NCBI GenBank assembly: GCA_043228905.1
Contig: JBHGNT010000001.1
Location: 1,240,001-1,304,000 of the forward strand
Source of the DNA: Azolla caroliniana
Lineage: Eukaryota > Plantae > Polypodiophyta
Direction of reading: 5' to 3'
Length of the DNA: 64,000 nt
Under the pieces are notes generated by a model. That model did no database searches, was not told where the DNA came from, and saw nothing but the letters and a program-made list of their open reading frames with translations. The position numbers and the translations under genes were made by a program. Position 1 is the stretch's first letter. Each line of letters starts with the position of its first letter. Of the stretch, positions 51,401-63,790 are shown one piece after another.

Positions 51401-53541
51401 AGAAGTGGCCAACGCGGAGGTCGGGTCTACGGCGGATGAAGGGCGTCACACGAAGCATGCACTACGGTCGGTGAAGGGCCCAAGAACGAGCATGCATCCG
51501 AGAGAGCGTCAACGAGTGACCGGAAACGGTGGACCGATTGAGCCTTTGAGAGGCGAGGACTCGGTGCTGAACCGAGAGTGGGAGGAACCCTCCACACCTA
51601 CCCGTGAGGCATCGGCGGTCGCAGATCGAAAGGAGAACGAAGAAGCGGTGGGTGGCGGCGAGGAGTTGGAGACCAATGCGGAGGTCGGGTCTACGGCGAA
51701 AGCATGACACGAGACGCATGCAATACGGCCGGTGGAGGGCCAAGACACAAGCATGCATACGGCGGATGGGCGACAACGATTGACCGACGATGACGGTCGG
51801 GGCAAGCGCGAGACGAAGGACGGCGTGGCGAAACACCAAGATCGACGACATGGGCCGAGCGCGATAGGCATGAGTGGAGAGTCGTATCTAGGAAAACGGA
51901 GGAGATGCGCGGAGAACAACGGGGTACATACCGGGAAGAGAAAGCGCGGCGGCTTCCCGGAGGGCATACAAGGCCAAGAGGGCCAAGAGGGTGCAAGTCG
52001 AGGCGAGGTGATAACGAGAGCCTCGAGGGACACCGACACGGAGGTCGGGATGACGATACGCTCTACTACGAGAGAGCACGGCGAAAAAGGGGAAAGCGAA
52101 AAACGCGTGATGGGGTCATCGAAGGACCGAAGCACGAGCACGCATTTAGAGGGCAACATCGACATACGGGGAAAGCCTACGGAAGGCAAGCGCGGAGCGG
52201 AGAGAGTCGGCACACCGAGGTGTGCGGCACACAAAGGGCGGAATCCGGCATGCGACCGGGAGCACATCCGGAGGATATACGAGGCGGATAAAGGAAGAGC
52301 AACCGGGTAAGCGACGGCGTTCGGGAGGACCGAACGGGGAGGAAAGCACGGGCATCGGATACGGCGGGTCGGATGTAGTCGGTGGTTCAAGGACCCACGG
52401 TGGATGTGGCAGATCGGGTGGAGGCAACGACTCGGCGAACATCGTCGAGTGTGGCGGATCGGATGGCGCCGACGGTTCGAGACCATTCGGCGAGGATGGT
52501 GGGCCGGAAGGCGGCGGTGGTTCGTGTGGACGGGGTGGTCTTGCTCGATGTGGAAGACAAAGCCAGGCGGGCCCACGAGGTCGCTAAGGACTCGGTTGGT
52601 CGTCGGGGCCGAAAATCTCGTGTTCTCTCCCCTATGTTTTGGCACATACCGGAGGATGTGCGGTTAGGTAGGGGCGGATATCGTGAAGATTTTCGTCCAC
52701 AAGCGGAAACCCGAGCAACGAGAGCCAAAGAGCGATGTGCAACGTTGCACACGTACATAATGTATTTGTAATAGTAATAAAGGTATAAAGGTGATGTGGT
52801 TGTACGCACATCCACGCGAGAGAGAGAGAGAGAGGTACTATGCAGTACATAGGTACCTAGTTGTTTGTGAGGACGTGGGAGTTAAGGGGCCATCAATCTC
52901 ACCCTCCCCCAAATCAAGGCAAATATCCCCTTTGAATGAAAGGGGATATTTTAGTCTCACTTTTGTAATCGGTCTTCCCTCGTGCTATAAAAGGAGAGAG
53001 AAAGCACCATTGTGGGGGTTGCCCATTTTGCATTAGAGGGTATACCGTTAGGTTTAGAGTTAGCTTCTTCTTCTCCTTCGTGTTCGCTTAGGGTTTGCTT
53101 CAGCTCATCTCCTGCGCAAGACCCCGCTCGGCGCGACGAGCCCGTGAGCTCCCCGACGGCGGCTTGGCAGCTGACGACTACTGTAACCTACCTTGGAACG
53201 GCTCGAAGCCGGGAATGTATTCTTCTTCTATATATATATATACGTTTGCGTCTGTCTGTGTACATTGGCGTCTTTGTTGGTGTCGGGTGCTCCCCCTTTC
53301 TTGCTTTTCCTGTACATGAAGGCGTGAGTTGTGTGTGTGTGGGTGTATCTGTGCGCGCGTGCGCGTGAGTCGGTGTCAAGCGCGCACTCCCTTTCTTTCT
53401 CTCTCTCCCTTCGGTTGCTTCCAGGGTGTTCCCGGGATGCCCCAGAAACAGTGAAGCACGACTTCCTACGCTCCGTCGCTCCCTAGTCCAAGACCCCCTG
53501 TGGTCCCGCCTTTCCCCACGCACACGCGTAACAACGCGACA
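48452..53541 (+). mobile_element. Element E: non-autonomous LTR retroelement related to D; LTRs 48452-49325 and 52679-53541, PBS 49330-49346 (tRNA-Trp), 4-bp TSD GCGG/ACGG
   Basis: Two ~870-bp near-identical LTRs ending in CGACA; PPT AGGTAGGGGCGGA; gag-like ORF; no pol. Confidence 0.92.
49362..51011 (+). pseudogene. Element E gag-like protein with acidic/Gly-rich repeat extension (stop at 50487-50489, same frame continues to 51011)
   Basis: N-terminal VGRFNGDDVPRYFEAYDAEM...SWVSFEGALLEAY resembles a retrotransposon capsid N-terminus. Repeated TPxLExxAxGP..VRPR..GGGG modules follow. Confidence 0.6.
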
Positions 53542-54972
53542 ACGGGCGGGGCCGAACGAAGGAAGCGGAAGACGGCACGAGGGAGGTACCGGGAACGAGG
53601 TGACAAGTGCCTAGTGGACTGCACAGGTTCGGAGTCAGGGGATGGCAAGAGAGGCCGGAGGAGGATCCTCCACACTCGCTTCGTAGATCTCGGTAGCTCC
53701 TCGAAGTAGCGAAGACTGACACGGCAAGCCGGGATGACAAGCTGGTGGGAGCGAGGGGACGACGGCAAGCGGAAGACTCAAGACCTATCGCGGCAGCACG
53801 AAGATGGGAAGGGCCAAGCGGGCTACTACAGGGTGTTCCTCGGATGCAAAGGACACCGGTATGCGGGTGAGCGGCGACGCACGATAAGGCCGGAAAGGGG
53901 ATCCTCCACACCGTTCCGGAGACCATGGCGGTTCGAGCCGACGCGGCAATGTAAGACCATGGAGAAGGAAGGTGACGGCGAAAGGACGAGGGCAACGCGA
54001 AACGACATAGGACGGCATCAAAACGACGCGATTGGACAACGGAGGCCAAGCAGGCCACTACGGGCATGCCTCAAGCACAGGACATCGGGCATACGGCGGG
54101 AAGCGGGGCGTTCATACAGCCGAACAAGGGCCAACGGAAGTACGCGTACTACGGAGATCGCGGCAGAGGACCCATCGACGGGTTGAACGAGCCTACGGGG
54201 AGGTAAGCGCGAAGGAAGAATCGAAGCCGACGGATTAAACCGGCAGCGAGCCGGGATCCAGATCACGGAAGACCGGTTTCTCACCGGCCGAAATCTCTCA
54301 CCCTTCTACCAGACTTGGCACATACCGGTGGATGTGCAGTTAGGTGGGGGCGGATGTCGTGAAGAATTTCGGCCAAAGGCGGAAACCGGGAAACATTGTG
54401 TACATCGGCGGGGTGCAGCGTGTGTACGCACCCATGTACATTTAGTGTGAATATCGAGGGCGCCTTTATGGCGCCGAAGAGTAGTCAAGTCGGGGCCGAC
54501 GATCCCATGTAAGTCAGGATTTGTCCCACATTGTAATCCATCCCTTTCCTTGTTCTATAAAAGGAAGGGAACGCCCTTTGTAAAAGGGTTGCCCATTTTG
54601 CATTAGAGGGTATACCGTTAGGTTTAGAGTTAGTTTCTGTTTCTTCTTCTCCTTCGTGTTCGCTTAGGGTTTGGTTCAGCTCATCTCCTGCGCAAGACCC
54701 CGCTCGGTGCGACGAGCCCGCGAGCTCCCCGACGGCAGCTTGGCAGCTGACGACTACTGTAACCTGCCTTGGAACGGCTCGAAATCGGGAATGTATTCTT
54801 CTGTTTATATATATACATTTGCGTCTGTCTGTCTATTCGCGTCTTCGTTGGTGTCGGGTGCTTCCCCTTTCCTACACTTCCTGTACTTAAGGGTGTGAGT
54901 CGGGTTGGCCTGTGTGTGTGTGTGTGTGTTTGTGTGTGTGTGTTTGAGTGAGTGTGCGTGAGTCGGTGTTAA

Positions 54973-55009
<37 letters not shown>

Positions 55010-56804
55010 TCGGTTGCTTCCGGTGTGCTTTTGGGATGCCCCGGAACCGGTGAAGCACGACTTCCTACGCTCCATCACTCCCTAGTCCAAGACCCCTGTG
55101 GTCCCGCCTTTCTCCACGCACGCGCGTAACAACGCGACAACATTCATGAGTTTCCCTTTTTGCCCGACATGACTAAGGGGAACTTCTCCGACATTCGCGA
55201 TCGGATGCGGAGTGTCGTCTCCAGTTGCGACTACTCCAGGTTGTATCGGGTTTTCAAGGTACGAGAACCACTCCTTATGGCTCGTCATGTGGTTTGACGC
55301 GCTAGAGTCTACGTACCACACCTCGTCCGATCTCGGGGTGGTTTGTTTCATTGAGTTTGCTTCGTGTCTCATCACGAAGGCAAACCCTTCTCCGGCTCTC
55401 TCGGAGTCTTCGGTGTAGTGCGATTGCTACCGATTTCCCTTGTCGGTATGTCTAGAGCCGTTTCCAGAACCGGTTCTCTCCGAATCGGCGCGCTTCTTCC
55501 AGCACTCACTTTCCCTGTGGCCTTTCTTGCCACAGTACCAGCACTCCGCGATGGCCTTCCCTTGCCGGTTCTCCTCGCTTTGACTCCCCCTGTTTCCGGA
55601 AGGTCCGGAGTTGCTGTCGGCATCACTTCGGTGCCTTCTTCCTTGATCTCGTTGGCAGCTTCCATTGCGTACCGACTCGCCTCATCCGCCACGACCACGG
55701 GGCCTTTCTCCCTCCGTATACAACATCTTGATGTCGGTGTGCGTGCTCGTCGACGCACCCGCGTGGTTCTCCTCTACCAGGAGCATCGATTGTAAGTCGA
55801 GAAAGGACGGCGTATTCTCCTGGGTACACACAGCCGTTCGGAACGCTCCGAACTTCGACGTCAAACCTCCGAGACAGATCTGGACCATCTCGCTCTCCTC
55901 GATGTTCACCTCTATGGAGGCGAGGGAGTCGCAGATATCCTTGATCTTCGAGGTATAGTCCGCCACCGACAAGTCGCGTTGTCGTAGGTTGCTCAACTCC
56001 TGTCGGAGCTGAAGCTTCCTGGCTGTGGTGCTCGCGGCGAAAATCTTCTTCAGATTTTCCCACGCACCCTTCGGCGTCTTTGCATCCCGAACATAGCTCA
56101 ATAGTTGTTCGCTCACACACGACGCGAAGAAGTACAATACCCTGCTCGCCGAGTGCTCCCACGACGGGAAGTCTCTGTGTGTCGATTCGGGTGCCGCGTC
56201 ATTAGCTCCTTCGACATAACTCCAGTAGCCGTGCCCGAGCAGGTACTAGTGCATCTTGTAAGACCAAGACGCGTAGTTGGTTCTGTCGAGCTTCTCTGTT
56301 GGAAGCGAGCTCGCCATGCCTCTATCCATCGTTCTTCTTGTTCTTCTTCGTCAAGCTGTGTCGGCTGCAGAGAGGTTCTCAACCCTCGCGCTCTGATACC
56401 ATGTAGAAAGTAGCGTGCGGAAGCAGGTATGAAGATGGAACAGAAGGAAGAAAACTCAGGTTTAATGGAGAGCTTGAGCTTACGCAGTATACGCAGGAGA
56501 GAAAGAGAGAGTGAGAGAGAACACAAGAACTATATTCAACAACGACAAAATCTCGATTCACTACTCTATACATACGTGTGTTCCGTGAACACTTTTATAC
56601 AAGTCCTCGAAGGACTGACTGAAGTACTGACAGTACTTCAAGGCTCATTAAGAGCTCCTACACTAACTCCCAAATATATTCCTCACGGAATATCTTTCCT
56701 AACGGCCTCCCAGTTTACGCACTCGGCCTAACCGATCGGTCCCAACCGATCCAGTCCTCGGCTTCTTCAGCCGATCCGGCCGACGTTGAGCTTGTCTCTC
56801 AACA

Positions 56805-59800
56805 AGTATCCCTGAACATCTTATAGTTTTAGGATTACCGTGGTTCGAGTTACATAACCCAGACATAGATTGGAGAACAAGAGAAATCTGGTGTCGACAA
56901 ACCCAAGGGTCAACTCAGAAGATGGCAACCATTTCGCTATGTCAGTTGCGTAAAGAAGGGCGCAAGGAGGAAATGTTCCTCTTTGCAATATCAGTAAACC
57001 CCTCCAGCACCACTAAAGAAGAATCCACCGTTCAACTTCCCGAGAAGTATCGTCATTACGCCGATGTGTTCGATAAAGTACAAGCCAACACACTTCCTCA
57101 TCATCGACCGTACGATTGCCCCATTGATTTACAACCGGGAAAAGAGCCGCCATGGGGACCGATCTACAATTTGTCACCAACCAAGCTAGAAGTCCTTCGT
57201 GCCTATATAGAGGAGAATTTGGAAACTGGTTTCATTCGGCATTCAAAATCTCCAGCCGGTGCGCCCATTTTCTTCATAAAAAAAAAAAGATGGATCGCTT
57301 TGTCTCGTTGTAGATTACCGTGGCTTGAATAAGGTTACAATCAAGAATAGGTATGCTCTTCCCCTTATCTCAAGTCTTTTAGAACGGATCAATGGTGCTA
57401 GGTTCTTCACGAAGATCGACTTACGGGGAGCATATAACCTCGTATGGATCCGACCAGGAGACGAATGAAAGACCGCGTTTCGCACCAGATATGGGCACTT
57501 CGAGTATACGGTCATGCCGTTCGGCCTAACTAATGCGCCGGCAGTCTTCCAACACATGGCTAATGATATATTCCGAGATCTATTGGATGATTGTTTGATC
57601 ATCTATTTAGATGATCTACTGGTTTATTCAAAGACCCAAGAAGAACATGATTCTTATGTACTATTAGTACTAAAACGACTTCGAGAACATGGTCTGTATG
57701 CAAAGCTGGAAAAATGTAGTTTCGGGTGCAACCAAGTGGAATTTCTTGGCTACATCATTTCGTCAGAAGGCATCTCCATGGACCCAGCTAAGGTCAAAAC
57801 GGTGGTAGAATGGCAGACTCCGTGTTCGGTGCGGGATGTGCAATGCTTCTTAGGCTTTCCCATTTTTACCGGAAGTTCATACAAGATTACTCAAAGATCG
57901 TTCTACCTCTCACACAACTTACCAGGAAGGGACAACCGTTCATCTGGCCTGAAGAAACAGACATGGCTTTCGAGAGTCTTAAAAAGGCATTTACATCGGC
58001 TCCAATTCTAGCTCATGTCGATCCGGAAAAACCATTCATTATCGAAGCTGATGCATCGGATTTTGCATTGGGGAGCATTCTGTCACAACAGGGGAATGAT
58101 GAGAGGCTACATCCTGTGGCTTTTCACTCACCAAGTTTGACGCCGCCGAAATCAACTACGAAATTCATGATAAGGAGCTATTGGCAATAGTGGATTCTTT
58201 TATGCAATGGCAGCATTTTCTGGAGGGATCCTCTCATCCAGTCACCGTATTTAGTGACCACAAGAATCTTGCCTACTTTCAGGATGCTCGTGTGTTGAAT
58301 CGACGTCAAGCTCGGTGGGCCCACTTCCTCACGCGTTTCGACTTCAATATTACATATCGTCCGGGGAGGCACCAAGGGAAGGCAGATGCATTATCACGAC
58401 GTTCGTATCTAGCACCCCGTCCCGGCGAGCCAGCTTTCGATAACCAAAAGCAAGTCATCTTGGGACCGGCACGACTACAAGCAACACAGATCTTTGACAT
58501 GCCTATGGATTCCTGCATTATCGATACCATACGTGAAGACTTGAAGACAGATGCGTTCGCCCAAGCTATACTAGCACAAATTGATCCCTCTCGAGCGTCG
58601 TGTTCACAGTCGCAACCACCAGGTACGGACTATCGGCAATTCAAATACCATGATGTATTACTCTTCTTTAAAGAACTTTTGTATGTTCCTAATGGTTCTT
58701 GCCGCCTTCGAGTAGTACAAAACTGTCATGACACATATACAACTGGGCATTTTGGTAGTACTAAAACATTACATTTAGTACAACGAACATTCTGGTGGCC
58801 CTGTATGCGACAATTTGTCGAGGATTTTGTTCGGACTTGTGATACATGTTGCAGAGCGAAAATGCCAAGGCATCATCCATATGGTTTATTAGAACCATTA
58901 CCAATTCCAAGCAAGCCGTGGCAATCCATTGCTCTAGACTTCATCACAGATCTTCCAGTCTCTAAGGGGTTCAATGCGATTCTAATGGTGGTCGATCGAT
59001 ATACGAAGATGGCTCATTTATTGCCATGTACTAAGGAGATATCCAGTGAAGACACTACCGAAATTGTCATGCGTGAAGTATGTCAGCATCATGGACTTCC
59101 CGATAGTATCATCAGCGACCGTGGACCCCAGTTCGTGTCAAAATTCTAGAAGCACCTTTTTAACATGCTCAAGGTCACTTGTAACCTCTCCTCCGGCTAC
59201 CACCCACAAACCGACGGCCAAGCTGAACGAACAAATCAAACGTTGGAGTAGTATCTGCGGTGCTTTCTCAGCTATCATCAAGATGACTGGGCAGATATTC
59301 TCCACTTCGCCGAATTTGCCTATAACAACTCTATCCACGCATCCACTAAAGTTACGCCATTTTATGCTTATACGGGATGTCACCCCCGGTGGAGTGTACT
59401 TGAAACCCCAGAGGTGTCCACAAATCCGTGCGCGGAGGATCGTTTGGAGCAGTTACGCAAGATACAAGCGAATTTATCTACTCATCTCCAACAAGCTCAA
59501 CAAACACACAAGGTCTACGCGGATCGTCATCGGCTTCCATCCAGTTTTAATATTGGAGATCGGGTGTGGCTGCTACGACGACACATCAAGACTACTCGTC
59601 CATATGAGAAGTTAGATTATCGGCGATTAGGTCCTTTCCGTATTATTGGACAGATTAATGATGTTGCTTTTCGTCTCGATCTACCTCCTCAACTTCGGGT
59701 ACATCCGGTGTTTCATAGTTCTCTCCTTGAACCCTACCACGAGAGCACCATCCCAGGACGTCTTATCCAACCTCCACCCCCGATCGAGCTTGAAGATGAG

Positions 59801-60034
59801 CCGGAGTACGAGGTTGCCGCCATCCTTAATTCCAAGATTGTTCGCAACAAGCTCTACTATCTAGTCGATTGGCTAGGCTATAGCCCCAGCGAACATACTT
59901 GGGAACCGATCGAGAATGTGACCAATGCTCGTGCTCTTCTTGAAGACTTCCATCGTCAATATCCACACAAACCAGGTCCTCAATCCAAGACGACTCGTGA
60001 CACTCGTCGTTTTAAAGGGGGGATAGTGTCATGA
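56805..60034 (+). pseudogene. Element B pol (RT-RNase H-integrase-chromodomain), disrupted
   Basis: LGLPWFELHNPDIDW, MPFGLTNAPAVFQ, YLDDLL, ADASDFALG, DFITDLP, SDRGPQF, GPF and chromodomain; frameshifts and stops. Confidence 0.92.
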
Positions 60035-63000
60035 TATGGCAAGACTCGAACCCATGACCTTAGGTTATATGGGTCGAGCTCTTGACCATTAGATCATCTA
60101 TTGTAATACGTAGGATATTATTTTCATTTACATTTTATTATAGGAAATTAGTGTATATTCCAAATTTCTCTGGAACATTCTAGAAGCTTCAGGATTACTC
60201 CTGAAAACACTATAAAAGAGGGCACTAGGCATTATGTAGAACCAAATTGGTTCAACGCCAGTCTTAAGCCTTTTAGCCACCATTGTATATTCTCTTCATA
60301 TAATACATATCTTTCTTATCATCACTCTCTCTCTCTCTCTCGATCTCTCTCTTTCTCTCTGTCTCGCTCACTTCTTCCTTCTCTCGAAGAAGTTCCACAC
60401 CTCTCATAGTACTAATCCTTCGTTTAGTACTAATTCCTTCTCTGTCTAAGTACTGTTCATGACAGATGGTGCAAATGACACAACACCCGATTCGACACAC
60501 AAAGACTTCCCGGCGTGGGAACAATCGGCGAGCAGAGTGTTGTATTGCTTCGCGTCTTGTGTGGGTGAACAACTATTAAGCTACGTTCGGGATGCAAAAA
60601 TGCAGAAGGGTGCGTGGGAAAATCTGAAGAAGATTTTCGCCACGAGCACCATAGCTAGGAAGCTTCAGCTCCGACAGGAGTTGAGCAACCTACGACAACG
60701 CGATTTGTCGATGGCTGATTATACCTCGAAGATCAAGGACATATGCGACTCCTTAGCTTCCATCGATGTGAACATCAAGGAGAGCGAGATGGATCAGGTC
60801 TATCTCGGGGGTTTGGCGTCAAAGTTCGGTGCGTTCCGAACTACTGTGTGTACCCGGGAGAATACGCCGTCCTTTTTTGACTTACAGTCGATGCTCCTGG
60901 TAGAGGAGAACCGCGCGGGTGCATCAACGAGCACGCACACCGACAGCAAGATGTTGTACACAGAGGGAGATAGGCCCCGTGGTCGTGGCGGACGAGGCGA
61001 GTCGGTACGCAATGGAGGCGGCCGACGGGATCAAGGAAGAAGGCACCGAAGTGATGCTAACAGCAATTCCGGACCCTCCAGAAACAAGGGGAGTTGAGGC
61101 GACGAGAACTGGCAAGGGAAATCCGCCGCGGAATGCTGGTATTGTGGCAAGAAAGGCCACAGGGAGAGCGAGTGCTGGAAAAAGTGCGCCGAGTCGCAAA
61201 GCACTGGTTCCGGATCTGGTTCCGGACATACCGACAAAGGAAACCGGCAGCGATCGCACTACGCCGAAGGATCCAGAAAAGGGTAAGTCTTTGTGACGAG
61301 ACACGAAGCAAACTCAATGAAGAAGATCACCCCGAAGTCAGAGGAGGTGTGGTACGTCGACTCTAGCATGTCAAACCACATGACGTGCCACGAGGAGAGG
61401 TTCTCATACCTTGAGAAACCGACGCAACCAGGAGTAGTCGCAACCGGAGACGACACTCCGCATCCGATCGCGAATGTCGGTGAAGTTCCCTTGAGCCATG
61501 TTGGGCAGAAAGGGAAACTTATGAACGTGTTACACGTCCCGACCATCATGAAGAATCTGGTGTCGGTCGGGCAAATCGTCGACCATGGGATGCAGGTTCG
61601 GTTTACACACCTCGGGTGCTTCATTGAGGAAGAAGGCCGTATTATTGCGCAAGGGCGTAGAGATGGGAGGATGTTCATCCTCGACTCTTCTGACGGTGGC
61701 ACCGCAATGTTCGCGAAGGGACAAAAAGTCGAGTCGGACATCGACTTATGGCACAAGCGGATAGGCCACGTCAACTACCAGCGGCTTCAAGACCTACAAT
61801 CGAAACAAGTGGTGTTCGGATTGCCCAAATTTATTGGCCGGAAGGCACAAATTTGTGAAGCCTGCCAGCTTGGGAAGCAACACCGACTTCCCTTCCCCAA
61901 CGAGCGTAACCGGAGCCGGAACAAGCTCGACATGATACCCTTCGATGTGTGGGGGCCGGCACAAAACATTAGTCTTGGCGGGAGCCTATATTTCATCTCC
62001 TTCATCGACGACTACACGCGGCACACATGGATCTACCTCATCGAGAGGAAGGGCGAAGTCTTCAACTGTTTCTGGGACCTCAAAGGGTTCGTGGAAATGG
62101 AAACGGGAAGTAGCAATGGGCACGGTTTCGGCTCAAACCGAACCGAACCGTTAAACCGTGGCTTAACGGTTTATCGGTTCAAAATTAAATAATGAGTTTG
62201 GTTTGGTTTAAAGAATGAAAGTTCGGTTTGGTTTCGGTTCGGTTCGGTTTAACATTTATCGGTTTATCGGTTTTATCGGTTTAACGGTTTCTATTAATTT
62301 GGTTCGGTTTATAGGTTTATAGGTTCTTACCCTAGCCCTAAATTTTCAATTTTATAAATTATACCCTTCCTAAATTTTCTATTTTATAAATTATACCCTT
62401 CTTATTTTTACTATGGACCTAATACTAGTTAGTAGTAGTAAGTACATACTACAAACTACAGTGTATCTACAGACAGACAGACACAACTATCGAACAGAAA
62501 GGATTCAGGAGGCGCACTACACAGGCGGCATTGTGCAGGCTGAGGCGGCAACCACCAATCACCACTTCCAATCACCACTTCATTGCTCTTCAAACTCCAG
62601 ACTCTCCATAACACAGGTATGATCCATAACACAGGCTAAGTTTTTCCTTTTAGTTAACATGAAAAAATTGCAGTCTTCTCTTTGACTGATGAGTTGAAGA
62701 TCATTTTAGACATGTATGAGAAGTAAATCATGCTCTTGATGGTGGAATTTATTATCACATCGTTTTTAATAAATTGGATTGAAACCTTATCATTTCTGGG
62801 TTTCATCTGCATTACATTTGTATAGTGCACCATAACATATAGTTCCATTGCATTTAATCGGTTTCTCACAAATTGGGCCGAACCCTTATCATTGTTCCCA
62901 GTACTTTACTTTATATTTGTATTGTATTGTGCAGCCAGAACTTCAGTGCATGGGATGTTAGTTTCATTGCGATTTACTGCTCTATGGAATTATTTATATA

Positions 63001-63139
63001 TACAAGATTCCTCTTGACATTATCTTTATGCTTATTAGACTCGGGATTTGGCTTATGGTGCTTCATAAAATAGGTCCAAAATTCTCTCTCAGATTTAATT
63101 ATAACTAAATTTGATTCAATCACATAACTTAACATCTTC

Positions 63140-63600
63140 CCTCACCTGCTTTTGAAAGGCCATTGGCAAGGAAATTATAAGTGTTTATGTTGGGCACTTC
63201 TCCCTTTTCTTTCATCATCTTAAATAATGCAACATCTCCTGGTTTCTCTTCTTGCTAGAAGGAATAAACAAGAAGGTTACATATATACAAGTTTGTTAAC
63301 AAAACATGCTGAAGCATTTTATCATACATCCCATAAGCTTGCTTTGGAAACCCTGCTTTCACCAATGCATCAATCATTATGTTAAATGTATGGGAATTGG
63401 GAATACAGTCATATTTCTCCATCCTTTCAAAGGCTGTGACAGAAGCTTCAAGCATTCCAACATAAGCATAGACCCTGGCAATAGCTGTGAAAGCATTCGG
63501 TCTCAAACTAACTTGATCCTTAACTATGTCTTCCATGAGAAATTCTATGGTCTTGAAATCCTTTGCCTCCCCAAGAATCTCAAAAAGCCACCAAGTTGAG
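63140..63600 (-). pseudogene. Degenerate P-type PPR gene fragment inside the hAT element
   Basis: PNAFTAIARVYAYVG, PNSHTFNIMIDALVKAG and VPNINTYNFLANGLSKAG, with intervening stops. Confidence 0.75.
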
Positions 63601-63790
63601 CTAACTTAGCAATGTAACAATGTATCTTTCTATGTTAACATGTCTATCTTTCTATGTTTGCCATTAGACATAATGGTTGTTTTACTGTTCTTAGCTAACT
63701 TAGCAAACTTTCTACTTCATTTATTTTTCTCATTATAATGTATTTGAAATGTGCTAATTGAGTTAATTGAATTTTATAGGACACCATAAA

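Larger units (their letters stand above)
46207..55139 (+). mobile_element. Element D: non-autonomous GC-rich LTR retroelement; 5' LTR 46207-~46582 (3' half deleted), 3' LTR 54355-55139, 4-bp TSD ACGT/ACAT
   Basis: TGTCG...CGACA termini; PPT AGGTGGGGGCGGA. Splits C's KGKLMNV|NVLHVPT. No RT or IN motifs seen. Confidence 0.88.
42546..56804 (-). mobile_element. Element C: Ty1/Copia, same family as A, inverted; 5' LTR 56804-56402, PBS 56401-56390, 3' LTR ~42941-42551 with its end clipped
   Basis: LTR TGTTGAGAGACAAGCTCAAC is shared with A; PBS TGGTATCAGAGC; PPT at 42942-42955. Order gag-PR-IN-RT(YVDD)-RH(ADIFTKPL). Internal deletions in IN (~45510) and RT (~43990). Confidence 0.95.
40539..60464 (+). 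mobile_element. Element B: Ty3/Gypsy chromovirus (Tcn1-like); LTRs 40539-40966 and 60027-60464, TSD GATGG
   Basis: TGTCATGA...TCATGACA LTRs; GATGG at 40534-40538 and 60465-60469; PPT AAAGGGGGGATAG at 60014-60026. Order: gag (CLYCGGPRHIAINC), PR (LLDSGA), RT (YLDD), RNase H, integrase, chromodomain (EYEVAAILNSK...YLVDWLGY). Several stops and frameshifts. Confidence 0.95.
39888..62110 (+). mobile_element. Element A: Ty1/Copia LTR retrotransposon (outermost); 5' LTR 39888-40339, PBS 40340-40351, gag 40422-40538 resuming at 60465, protease/GAG-pre/integrase to ~62110
   Basis: TGTTG...TTCA LTR followed by TGGTATCAGAGC (tRNA-iMet PBS). Gag MASSLPTEKLDKNNYASW...WSYVDG|ANDTTP, then WYVDSSMSNHMT and LWHKRIGH...CEACQLGKQ. 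The 3' part lies beyond the hAT insertion, outside the window. Confidence 0.92.

Noticed and set aside
47890-53960. Repeat-spacer pattern as a CRISPR-like array
   Set aside because: Repeats are degenerate and irregularly spaced, lie in a eukaryotic LTR element, and no cas genes are present.
46500-54350. Dozens of overlapping ORFs on both strands
   Set aside because: Expected in GC-rich, stop-poor TE sequence. No domain motifs apart from the gag-like ORF.
46207-55139. GC-rich island as bacterial HGT or contamination
   Set aside because: Bounded by LTRs, PPT and TSD, contains plant-type SSRs, and precisely splits a Copia ORF.
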